From Macrostomum hystrix (lineage: Eukaryota; Animalia; Platyhelminthes), in the NCBI GenBank assembly GCA_950097015.1, contig CATNEN010000005.1, positions 3,162,001 to 3,226,000 of the forward strand: a stretch of 64,000 nt of DNA. The letters run 5' to 3'. The position numbers and the translations under genes were made by a program. Position 1 is the stretch's first letter, and each line of letters starts with the position of its first letter. The notes below the pieces were generated by a model. That model ran no database searches. It had not been told where the DNA came from and saw only the letters and a list, made by a program, of their open reading frames with translations. This document shows positions 25,966-37,938 of the stretch, piece after piece.

Positions 25966-28865
25966 CTAGGTGGCAAAACCGCGCGACTCAACAATGCTCA
26001 CCTTGGTGCGACAGTAGAGTGCGCCGCGTATTAGGAAACCCAGCGACAGCAAGATTAAGCCTGTGGGATTATTGTTACAAAGAGACGGTTTAATTAGTAA
26101 CAGCAACGGGTAAAGGATTTTAAATTAGTCTTTTTTTTTAAAAAGTTGCTTGAAATCTCGCCCATACTAATATTATATAAATTAAATCCCAACCCTAACA
26201 TTCTTCCATTAAGAAAATCCCAACCCTACCATTCTTCCCATAAGATAATCCCAACCCTACCATTCTTCCATTAAGAAAATCCCAACCCTACCATTCTTCC
26301 CATAAGAAAATCCCAACCCTACCATTCTTCCCATAAGAAAATCCCACGCCTCACATTCTTCCCATAAGAAAATTACACCCCTCACATTCTTCCCATAAGA
26401 AAATCACACCCCTACCATTCTCCCCCTAAAAAACTTATCCCTACCATTCTCCCCTCTAAGAAAAACCCATCCCTACCATTATCCCCTCTAAGAAAATCCC
26501 ATCCCTACCATTCTCACCATAAGAAAATCCCATCTCTAGCATTGTCCCCCCTAAGAAAATCCCATCCCTACCATTCTCCCCTCTTAGAAAATCCCATCCC
26601 TACCATTCTCCCCTCTAAGAAAATCCCATCCCTACCATTTCTCCCCCCAAAGAAAATCCCATCCCTACCATTTCTCCCCCCTAAGAAAATCCTATCTCTA
26701 CCATTCTCTAGAAAATCTTACCCTCACAGCTGCGTATAAAAATCCGATTCGGCAGCAAAAGAAAACAGACTTACAGACATAAAGTGCAAATAGTCCGCCG
26801 CTAGTTTTAACAGCCATACCCCAGGTGAATGCCATAACCAATACGGCGGCAGTTAGCAGGGCCAAGCCAGTGCTGATACAAGCGATGGATCTGGTGCGAA
26901 CATAGTCGGGACCAACCGAACTGACGCGGCGGCACTGGGGACAGCGGGCCAAGGGATTGCCAGACGGATCTGGCACTGCGAAAGCGGCGCCACAATGGCC
27001 GCAGAGGCACTGAACCTGGCCGGGTCCCGGGGTAAAGGCAACATCCGGGTGCAACTGCTGCTGAGCCTGGTTGATTGGCAGGTGAATGAGCGGTTTTATT
27101 GACCTATCATTCTGTCTACTTGACCCACCACAATATCGACGACACACCATTCTGTCTACTTGACCTACCACTCTGTCTACTTGACCTACCACTCTGTCTA
27201 CTTGACCTACCACTCTGTCTACTTGACCTACCATTCTGTCTACTTGTCCTACCATTCTGTCTACTTGACCTACCACTCTGTCTACTTGACCTACCACTCT
27301 GTCTACTTGACCTACCACTGTCTACTTGACCTACCATTCTGTCTACTTGTCCTACCATTCTGTCTACTTGACCTACCACTCTGTCTACATGACCTACTAT
27401 TATATCTACTTGACCTACCATTCTATCCACTGGACCTACTATTTTATTTGTTTAAAATATATGGATTAACTTTCTTCAAATGCTTTATGCACACAGGACT
27501 TCCAACAGAGTAGCAAAGCTAAGTACAGAATCACATTTCATGGGTGTGGCTTTCTAAAAAAATAACAAAATGACAACCTGAGAATTTGTTCCATAATCAG
27601 CATATCCGCCAACTGGGCCAGTGAGTGTTATAATGCGCTTGCAGTTCTCCCTAGGACAAGCAATGCGCCTACCAGTGGCCTTGCAGATTAGCAGACAATT
27701 GCAAGTGCAGCGAACATACTTCTTGCCGGGTGGAGCAGACTTAATTGGAGTAGCCTCGCCACATTGTTGACATTTCACCACATGCTGATTGTGTTTGCCT
27801 TCTAAACTGATCACAGAGCTGCAGATCTGACAGTTGATTGTTGTAAAACCTGGTGAAGCTGGTGTAACTGTCACAGATACACCAGCATCTGGGGAGGGTT
27901 AATAAATAAGGCTATTATAGTGCAAGATTTCTTGTACACTGTACCAAGGAGGTTTGCTCAAAAATGCATTAAATTGCTGAAATTAATGTGGCATTACAAG
28001 GGAATGAGGTCCAAAGAATAGATAAGGAACAACTATTTAGATAGCTTAGGCACTTATAAGTCTAGAGATTCTTAAACAATTTAATAAAAATAGATTAATG
28101 TCATATGTTTTTATGTTTTAGTGCCATACACAACAGCTCACAAAACTGTGCAATGGTACAATGTTTCAACAAAAGTACTTCTACACAATGGCAGTTGTAC
28201 TTTTGTAATGCTGCTTTTATGATTTCCCCACTTTTAAGCCATGTTTTAAATGTGCCATGAATCTTTAGGTTTTTGAAAACTTAATATTAAATGTTAACTA
28301 GGCCCTATGTATGGACCATAATCAGGTCTGAACACCTTGAGTATATGCCACAGTGAATTTAGATTTAGAAGAACATGTATGCTGGTGTACACTAGTATAC
28401 ACCAATGATAAATAGCAAAAAGTACTGAAGTAATTGCATTTCAAATGTTTTATATTTAATGTGACTTAATTACTTGTGCAAAGTACAATTGGTTAATAAG
28501 TAACTAAATGTAACCATTTACAAAAAATAGTTATCTTGCTAATCCATGCCTGCTAAAAAGAAAAAAGTTTGTTAAAGTTTACTGTACTTAGAATTATGCT
28601 TATCTATTATGATATCATAGGGCCTACTTGTTAATTGACCTTTTTTGGTTGCTAGGCCCTACAGTTTATCCAGAATTGCTAAATTGAATTTTTATGAATC
28701 TAAATTTGGATTTGTACGTTCAGGATATCACAGAATTAAAAAACACTTATTTAGACTGCTTAAAATATAAACCTACAAATTTGTACCTGTAACACTTACA
28801 GTCTTACCTGTTGTGTCATATTGTTGCTGCTGTGATGGTGGAATAAGACTCTCCTTCTCTGCCAT
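25966..28865 (-). CDS. PIP4P1: Phosphatidylinositol 4,5-bisphosphate 4-phosphatase (TMEM55/PIP4P family); exons 28865-28808, 27888-27578, 27066-26775, 26060-25966
   Basis: [53 protein letters not shown], the CX5R site [21 protein letters not shown] and two C-terminal TM helices. PIP4P1 versus PIP4P2 cannot be resolved. Confidence 0.92.
26190..26710. repeat. 31-33-bp minisatellite (CCCTACCATTCTTCCCATAAGAAAATCCCAA)n in PIP4P intron 3
   Basis: Tandem units visible. Confidence 0.9.
27100..27435. repeat. 21-bp minisatellite (TCTGTCTACTTGACCTACCAC)n in PIP4P intron 2
   Basis: Tandem units visible. Confidence 0.92.
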
Positions 28866-30449
28866 ATTTTTCAAAGCAGCAAAGACTAGCAGTTAGATGC
28901 TTATGCTACGTACGTGTCTAGGTATTTTTAGGGGCAGATCGTGCAGTGATGCAGACTATGCTAATACTATAATAGATGAGACCAGCTCAGCTGAACCGAC
29001 AGCAAAGTCTGCAATGACAGTAGCTAGAAATTACACGATTTAGATATATTACATAACAAAAATATAGAAGAAAACAATGCTTATAAAACAGTCTCTCTTC
29101 AGTATTGACAGCTGGCTGTGCTACGCCCACTGAGGCAATTAAATGATAGTTTCTTTGGGTAAACGTAAATGTATCGGTGAGTGACGCCAATGATAATTGA
29201 TAAATGACACGAAATCAAAAAGAGTAACAAAAAGAAGTTACAAAAGGCGACCAAATTTAGTAGCTTTCAGTAATGAACTTTTGTAACTAAAGGTTTATAA
29301 AACTTTTGCGAATACAATCAGGGGCATGTGCAACGTAAAAAGTGTTTTTTTTGTTTTAAACATTATTGTATCCTCGAAAGTTTTATTTTCAAATAGAAAT
29401 TGCAGTCGTTTAGTAATGATCGAATCGTCTTTAAAAATCAATTTTACCCGAATATTAGTACAGTTTTTGTAACCATGACCTTTTGCCCGGCGGACAGAAA
29501 GTCCTGTCTGATAATAGCCATACATGAGTTAATGCTCGGTAATTTTTTCTGGAAAATTCATGGTACAATAGCTTGTTGCAATGTTGCTGCCCGAAAATGA
29601 CCTGAACCAATACGTATAGCTTACAAAAATGTCTATGCACAGAAAAAATATCAATGCTTTAAGTGCGTTAATAGTGGTGTTAATTCCAATCAGAGGGGGC
29701 TGTTTGGCCTTAATAAAAAAACGTTCCAGATCAGTTAAAATGTAGATTTTTTATACTATTTTAGTATTTTCACCTTTTAACCATGTCTTACGTTGGATGC
29801 ACAATTTGTCTTAACTGAATTGTCATTATATATATTTAAATTGAAGATTATACTTCATTCTTTGTTTCTCGGCTATTTTTAATCTTGTTCATAGTGACCA
29901 TAATATTCTTTTGAGTTTATTTGAGTTTTGCTTTACTCTTTTATTTTATATTAACATTGTGGTAAATACTTATAGGCCTAGTTATATATAGCTACAGTCT
30001 CTACAGATAAAAAGACACCAACTTCATTTTTAGGCTTTATTTACAGTGAGTCAGTCCACTTTTTTCAAATTTTTATGACAAGACTCACATGGAATTTCTC
30101 TCATAGTATCAGAAGTTTAACCAAATATTTTAAGTTTTTAAAGTAAAAAAAATCTTGTTTTATATTAACACTTAATGAAAACTGTGAAAAGAACCTATTT
30201 GGTAAAATTAAAATTATAGTAGGCCTATCAGTATTATATTCAAATGATTATTTATGAGATATATAAAAAAGCTAATACAATCATATGTTTACATTTTGAA
30301 AAAAAATTTGTGTATTTCAAAATTTTGGCATTTCTTTAGTTTACCATCCATGAAATTAGTGACAATCTCCAAAGGAAAGATACAAAAGAGTGAAAGAGTG
30401 AAAGATTGCAATCACAAAAAAAAATCACTCTATTTGTTCTTATTCACTT

Positions 30450-31098
30450 ATGCAAATGGAAGTGCTTATTCCCACAGTCCCGTACCGATAATTTTCTTCT
30501 TATCCACATGGCAGCTTGTATGAATAGGTCTACTTTCAAGTCCCTACCTATTCTCTGAGCATAAGGCTTTTGCTTCAGAGTATAGTGTATAGTGTACACT
30601 ATCAATGCATAGTGTAAAAGAGTAACAATGATTTATAATATGTGTGAGTTTGGTGCTGACTAGAATTCTGTTGGTTGACTCGTATGATTTTCTTAGATAG
30701 AATTCTTACTTTTTTAAGTCAATACAATTCAAATGAAAACACGTAACGATGACAAAATATTTAGTAAGTTGTTATTACAATAATTAAAAAGGATGACATT
30801 AATGTCGGTTAATGAATGTGTAGGTCGAATGTAGAACACTGTTGTAACACACTGTCAACTTTGTCAATCTATTGGCTCGAGGGTTCAACAAAACGTTCAA
30901 ACCCAAAAGGGCCTTGTTTTAAAGAACAGAACCGTGTGGATAAAATCGAAATTAATGGCATGGCATATTTATATAAAGAGTTTTAGACCTATTCATACAA
31001 GCTGCCGTGTGCATAAGCAGAAAATTATCGGCACGGATCCATGTGGATAAAATTGAAATTATCGGCACGGGACCATGGGAATAAGCTCTGCCTATGCA
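30450..31098. repeat. Pair of about 85-115-bp inverted repeats around a 450-bp spacer
   Basis: ...GGCAGCTTGTATGAATAGGTCTA (ends 30532) versus TAGACCTATTCATACAAGCTGCC... (starts 30984); also CTTATTCCC / GGGAATAAG. Confidence 0.8.
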
Positions 31099-31732
31099 AA
31101 TATGAAAACATAATAAAATCAATACAAAAAGTTGATAAACGCAACCACATATATATATCTACTTTGATTTATAATAATTTAATTAGTAGAAATACAGGTG
31201 AATGATTGTGAACTAAAGGTAGAGAATGGTTTACAAGGAGTAGTGGCAGTAATGAAATATAATCACTATCACTAATCACATAGTAACCTTTGGTTTATCA
31301 TCATTTTAAAAGCAGAAAATTATATAAATGATTGTGAACTACAGCTTAGAGGGTGGCAGATAGTTGGTAGTTAGTTAAATAGACTCAAGACAAGTAATAT
31401 TAGCAATGGTCTATTGTCGACAAGTCTAAGTCTAGTTAAACAGACATTGGTCAAAAACTGCTATATAGCCCTTTGGATTAAGTGGATAGAAAAGAGAAAT
31501 AAATAAATATACTGTTGAGCATCTCATCTATCCCCCATCAGCTTGGGTTCATAATTATCTATATGTATCTCTTCCATGTAAATGATCATAAATCAAATAT
31601 TGTGATCTCAGCCCCTTATTACCATTACTCATAGTAAAAACCAATATTTAGGTTAAAAAGTCTCTGTTAAAGTTTCATTTAAAAGCTCTACAGAGAGCTC
31701 TATTCATTTAATTTAATCCTGGTTTATTAATA

Positions 31733-32075
31733 GAGGTGTTGGTGGCAGAGTGGTTATTGCATTTGTCTCTTGTACCAATGTCCCTAATTTTTTTCCATAG
31801 AAAGGCCTTATTTATTTGGGGCACAGCTGTGGAGAGAAGGCTTGTGAGCTTGTCATGCAATTTATGCCTTTGATGGCCAACCTCCAAGGCACAGTGAGTG
31901 TGTGTGTGAAACTCACACCTGTGTGAGTTTGTGCCTGAGTACACTATTTGTGAGCATGTGCTCAAGGGTCAGCAAAGTGGACAGAATTGCCTCCTTGCTG
32001 GCTGCAGTTCTAATGTCACCAAATAAAATGCCACTGCCTGCAGCCCTACTGCAATAATAATTGTTATTATTATCA
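31733..32075 (+). mobile_element. SINE family A, diverged copy
   Basis: GGTGGCAGAGTGG head, GGAGAGAAGGCTT, GCCTGCAGCCC and an (AAT/TTA)n tail. Confidence 0.8.
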
Positions 32076-32388
32076 TGGTTTATTAATAAGGTTTTATAAT
32101 TGTCTGTAATATTTGAATAATATTTATTGTATCTTGACTCTCAATATCTCAATTTTTTCATTAAGATCAACTTAGTAAATTGCTACTTATAAGCAAACTT
32201 GTATCTTTTCTTCACTTTTCAATTTTGAATATGGTTTTCTTTTGTGTCAGATTTTTACTTTGGACTTAAAACTAGTATTGTACTCTTATAAATAGACATT
32301 TGTTGGGTAGTGGGCAAGGTAAGACACGGTTTACCTTGTATGCATTTCAGCATTAGTTTAACTTATTAAACTCGTTCAAAGGACAAGA

Positions 32389-35300
32389 ATGCAAGCAGCT
32401 ACAACTGCAACTAACATCCAGCAAGATCCTGCATTAGCAGCAATAGATGCTGATCCAATGATTGCTGCCCAGGCCTTGTGTGACGATGTTATGAAATTGC
32501 TAGTTAGTTTTCCTATTCCTCAGGTATGTATGTTTATTTACAATTCAATTTTTCTGCTTTAAGATGGTCTTACTAATTTCCAAGCTGATGCTGAAAGTTT
32601 ATCCCTAAGTTAAAAAATGAGTCACTGATTACCGAGCTGAAAAAGACTTCTGTTAACCCATGTTGAAGGATCACTTACAGATCCCTATGTTTAAGGGTGA
32701 CTTACAGATCCCTATGTTTAAGGATCACTTACAGATCCCTATGTTTAAGGATTACTTATATATCCCTATTTTTAAGGATGACTTATAGATCCCTATGTTT
32801 AAGGATTACTTATATATCCCTATGTTTAAGGATGGCTTATAGATCCCTATGCTTAAGGGTGACTTATAGATCCCTATGTTTAAGGATTACTTATATATCC
32901 CTATGTTTAAGGATGACTTATAGATCCCTATGTTTAAGGATTACTTATATATCCCTATGTTTAAGGATGGCTTATAGATCCCTATGCTTAAGGGTGACTT
33001 ATAGATCCCTATGTTTAAGGATGGTTTATAGATCCCTATGTTTAAGGATGGCTTATAGATCCCTATGCTTAAGGGTGACTTATAGATCCCTATGTTTAAG
33101 GATGGCTTATAGATCCCTATGTTTAAGGATGACTTATAGATCCCTATGTTTAAGGATGGCTTATAGATCCCTATGTTTAAGGATGGCTTATAGATCCCTA
33201 TGTTTAAGGATGACTTATAGATCCCTATGTTTAAGGATGGCTTATAGATCCCTATGTTTAAGGATGGCTTATAGATCCCTATGCTTAAGGGTGACTTATA
33301 GATCCCTATGTTTAAGGATGACTTATAGATCCCTATGTTTAAGGATGGCTTATAGATCCCTATGTTTAAGGATGACTTATAGATCCCTATATGTTTAAGG
33401 ATGACTTATAGATCCCTATGTTTAAGGATGGCTTATAGATCCCTATGTTTAAGGATGACTTATAGATCCCTATGTTTAAGGATGGCTTATAGATCCCTAT
33501 GCTTAAGGGTGACTTATAGATCCCTATGTTTAAGGATGACTTATAGATCCCTATGTTTATGGATGACTTATAGATCCCTATGTTTATGGATGACTTATAG
33601 ATCCCTATGTTTAAGGATGGCTTATAGATCCCTATGCTTAAGGGTGACTTATAGATCCCTATGTTTAAGGATGACTTATAGATCCCTATGTTTATGGATG
33701 ACTTATAGATCCCTATGTTTATGGATGACTTATAGATCCCTATATGTTTAAGGATGGCTTATAGATCCCTATGTTTAAGGATGACTTACAGATCCCTATG
33801 TTTATGGATGACTTATAGATCCCTATGTTTATGGATGACTTATAGATCCCTATGTTTAAGGATGGCTTATAGATCCCTATGCTTAAGGGTGACTTATAGA
33901 TCCCTATGTTTAAGGATGACTTATAGATCCCTATGTTTAAGGATGGCTTATAGATCCCTATATGTTTAAGGATGACTTATAGATCCCTATGTTTAAGGAT
34001 GGCTTATAGATCCCTATGTTTAAGGATGACTTATAGATCCCTATGTTTAAGGATGGCTTATAGATCCCTATGCTTAAGGGTGACTTATAGATCCCTATGT
34101 TTAAGGATGACTTATAGATCCCTATGTTTAAGGATGACTTACAGATCCCTATGTTTATGGATGACTTATAGATCCCTATGTTTATGGATGACTTATAGAT
34201 CCCTATGTTTAAGGATGGCTTATAGATCCCTATGTTTAAGGGTGACTTATAGATCCCTATGTTTAAGGATGACTTACTGATCCCAAAAACTTTATTTTTC
34301 ACAGGAAAAGGAATTTGACGACATGGTAGAAATTTTGCTGGCTCGCCTTGAAGACTACTGCGCGCTTATTGATTTGATTCGCTCCGAAAGTGCCCACTGT
34401 TTAGGCACCCTGCTGCCTCAGGTATTGGCCAGTACACGACAGCTGGAACCTCTGCTATTGCAAATTGATAGATTAGACAAACTAGTGCAGACTGTCAAAC
34501 TGAATGTGGACACTCTGGAAGCGAAGGTGTCCCTCGCTGAGAATGAAATTGGACAGCTAACATCGTTGAAGCGATCTATCAAATCTAAGTTGACGGTAAG
34601 CCTGCCTTGATTGATTAGATAGAATGACAGATTGACAATTGATTGATTGATTGGTCAGTTAGGCAGTTGATTGATTGAATAGTCAGTTAGGCAAGCCGCA
34701 ATTGATTGATTGAACAGTCAGTTAGGCAGTTGATTGATTGAACAGTCAGTTAGGCAATTGATTGATTGATTAGTCAGTCAGGCAATTGATTGATTGAATA
34801 GTCAGTTAGGCAGTTGATTGATTGAATAGTCAGTCAGGCAATTGATTGATTGATTAGTAAGTCAGGCAATTGATTGATTGAATAGTCAGTTAGGCAGTTG
34901 ATTGATTGAATAGTCAGTTAGGCAGTTGATTGATAGAACAGTCAGTTTTAGGCAGTTAATTGATTGATTAGTCAGTTAGGCAGTTGATTGATTGAATAGT
35001 CAGTTAGGCAGTTGATTGATTGAATAGTCAGTTAGGCAATTAATTGACTGAATAGTCAGTTAGGCAATTGATTTGATTGAACAGTCAGTTAGGCAATTTA
35101 TTGACTGAATAGTCAGTTAGGCAATTGATTGATTGAACAGTCAGTTAGGCAATTGATTGATTGATTAGTCAGTTAGGCAATTGATTGATTGAATAGTCAG
35201 TTAGGCAATTAATTGACTGAATAGTCAGTTAGGCACTTGATTGATTGAACAGTCAGTTAGGCAATTGATTGATTGAACAGTCAGTTAGGCAATTGATTGA

Positions 35301-35429
35301 TTGATTAGTCAGTTAGGCAATTGATTGACTGAATAGTCAGTTAGGCAGTTGATTGATAGAACAGTCAGTTTTAGGCAATTAATCAGTCAGTTCGTCAGTT
35401 GATTAGTCAGTTCGGTAATTGATTGATTA

Positions 35430-35464
<35 letters not shown>

Positions 35465-35782
35465 AGTCAGTTCGGTAATTGATTGATTAATTGGTCAGTT
35501 AGTTAGTGGTTGACCTGTTAGTGTTATCAGCGAGTTAATTGGCCATTTAGAGCAGTTGATTGACTGTCGCTTCATAAGAAACATTAGTTAATACGCTGTC
35601 AAATATTGCAGCCCCGGTCGTCACTGAAGAGACCAGAAAGCGAGCCGCCTGTGTTGTTTCATCCGCCGGAAATATTCTCCTGCGAAAATCATTTTAATAG
35701 GGCTGCTACTCATAGTAGTGGCGACATTGGAGCTACCGCTGCGCAGCCAGTTGAGCTAGCGGAACATGCTGATGCTGAATAA
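32389..35782 (+). CDS. BLOC1S4: BLOC-1 subunit 4 (cappuccino/Blos4); exons 32389-32523, 34305-34595, 35612-35782
   Basis: VEILLARLEDYCALIDLIRSE...QIDRLDKLVQTVKLNVDTLEAKVSLAE coiled coil and C-terminal PPVLF motif; all phase-0 junctions. Confidence 0.85.
32665..34280. repeat. 27-bp minisatellite (TTATAGATCCCTATGTTTAAGGATGAC)n in BLOC1S4 intron 1
   Basis: About 60 units ending about 25 nt before the acceptor. Confidence 0.96.
34620..35490. repeat. 28-bp minisatellite (GATTGATTGAATAGTCAGTTAGGCAGTT)n plus (GATT)n in BLOC1S4 intron 2
   Basis: Tandem units start about 25 nt after the donor. Confidence 0.92.
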
Positions 35783-36229
35783 AAATACTGCAGTTGGTTA
35801 TTGTCTTGTAGAAACAGTACTCACTTGTACTTTAAAAGTCTTCCAATTCAAGTCACTTAATAATTACACTGTCATTCTCGCTGCAGTAGTTTTATCTTAT
35901 GTGATTGCATTGCCGTGATTTATCTTAGCAAATTTTTGCTTTTTTTAATTCCATTAGTCTAGATGCTTAGTAAAATAAAACAAATTATATTCCAGATTTT
36001 GTTCGAAATTTTAAGTCAGATCGTAATTAGCCTTTATCCTAATATCATTGCTAACATTAAAAGTTCAAAGCCTTTTCATTTGCCTTTCTATAGTACTGAT
36101 ATATCTTAGTATATATTTATTATCTAATTAAACTAAAGATTTGTAAATAAACACTTCTGATCGCGTGAAAAGGTTTGTATAGAGTATATCAGAGTTTTAG
36201 TCAATAAATTATTCATAGGTTCTTGGAAT

Positions 36230-37025
36230 CAACATCAGTTTAAGCAGCCCGTCTCTTCACACCTCCACCCATGCGCAGCTTCAGTTTAAACAGCCCGTCT
36301 CTTCACACCTCCACCCATGCGCAGCCTCAGTTTAAACAGCCCGTCTCTTCACACCTCCACCCATGCGCAGCCTCAGTTTAAACAGCCCGTCTCTTCACAC
36401 CTCCACCCATGCGCAGCTTCAGTTTAAACAGCCCGTCTCTTCACACCTCCACCCATGCGCAGCCTCAGTTTAAACAGCCCGTCTCTTCACACCTCCACCC
36501 ATGCGCAGCCTCAGTTTAAACAGCCCGTCTCTTCACACCTCCACCCATGCGCAGCCTCAGTTTAAACAGCCCGTCTCTTCACACCTCCACCCATGCGCAG
36601 CCTCAGTTTGAACAGCCCGTCTCTTCACACCTCCACCCATGCGCAGCTTCAGTTTAAACAGCCCGTCTCTTCACACCTCCACCCATGCGCAGCCTCAGTT
36701 TAAACAGCCCGTCTCTTCACACCTCCACCCATGCGCAGCCTCAGTTTAAACAGCCCGTCTCTTCACACCTCCACCCATGCGCAGCCTCAGTTTAAACAGC
36801 CCGTCTCTTCACACCTCCACCCATGCGCAGCCTCAGTTTAAACAGCCCGTCTCTTCACACCTCCACCCATGCGCAGCCTCAGTTTAAACAGCCCGTCTCT
36901 TCACACCTCCACCCATGCGCAGCTTCAGTTTAAACAGCCCGTCTCTTCACACCTCCACCCATGCGCAGCCTCAGTTTAAACAGCCCGTCTCTTCACACCT
37001 CCACCCATGCGCAGCCTCAGTTTGA
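36230..37025. repeat. 46-bp minisatellite (CAGTTTAAACAGCCCGTCTCTTCACACCTCCACCCATGCGCAGCCT)n between BLOC1S4 and RPS20
   Basis: About 17 near-perfect units. Confidence 0.96.
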
Positions 37026-37152
37026 ACTTATCGCCTTTTTAGCAAATTATTTTCTCAACGTTTTAAATTACAATTAGTAAATTCCATTCCAGCCTTCTCT
37101 GCGCTGCTAATTTTAAGAAACAAAGTTACTAAAAACTTCAACAACTTATACA

Positions 37153-37503
37153 ATGGACACCAAAGAAGGCAAGGAGGATCTGCAGCAGTCGCAGGTGCAT
37201 CGCATCCGCATCACCCTGACGTCGAAAAATGTTCGCAGCCTTGAGAAAGTGTGCGCCGACCTGATCAAGGGTGCCAAGGATAAGAATCTGCCAGTAAAGG
37301 GTCCCGTGCGCATGCCAACTAAAGTATTGAGCATCACCACTCGTAAGACACCCTGCGGTGAAGGCTCCAAGACTTGGGATCGTTACAGGCTGAAGCTGCA
37401 CAAACGGCTAATCGATCTGCAGTCCCCAGCCGAGACTGTCAAACAGATCACTAGTATCAGCATTGAGCCCGAGGTTGAAGTTGAAGTCACTGTGGCCAAG
37501 TAA
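37153..37503 (+). CDS. RPS20: 40S ribosomal protein S20 (uS10), intronless CDS
   Basis: [27 protein letters not shown]...[31 protein letters not shown]...HKRLIDL. Confidence 0.98.
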   Translation: MDTKEGKEDLQQSQVHRIRITLTSKNVRSLEKVCADLIKGAKDKNLPVKGPVRMPTKVLSITTRKTPCGEGSKTWDRYRLKLHKRLIDLQSPAETVKQITSISIEPEVEVEVTVAK

Positions 37504-37938
37504 ATTTAAAAGCGAAATGCTTCAATGCTGACTTGTTTGTGTCTCATTGTGCGAGTAAAAATTCGATTGTTGCTGTGGCCGTCTGTCATAACATTTTGTT
37601 GGAATAAGTAAAGAATCAATCTTTGTTTGGACAAAAAACGTGTTTTTGTGTTTCTTTCTCGTCGTCATTTAGGTAAATAACGGGTTTAGAGTCTATATAC
37701 AGAGCTCCTTAGTGCAGACACGAGGTTCAGTGGCAACATTTATCTTCAAATATTATGCCCATAGCTCCCTAGTGCAGAAAAGGGTTCTCATATCCTTAGC
37801 TCAAACTATTAAGTTTCTAAAACACTTTGATTTCTACTTAAAGTAGTCTAAATTGTACATTTTTCAGCGTTACTTAGTCAGCAGCGGCAACTTATAACCT
37901 ACAGCACTACTTATTATCATAATTGTCAGTTAACTAGC

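Noticed and set aside
11813-37025. Regular repeat arrays as CRISPR arrays
   Set aside because: Units are head-to-tail with no unique spacers, there are no cas genes, and the context is eukaryotic.
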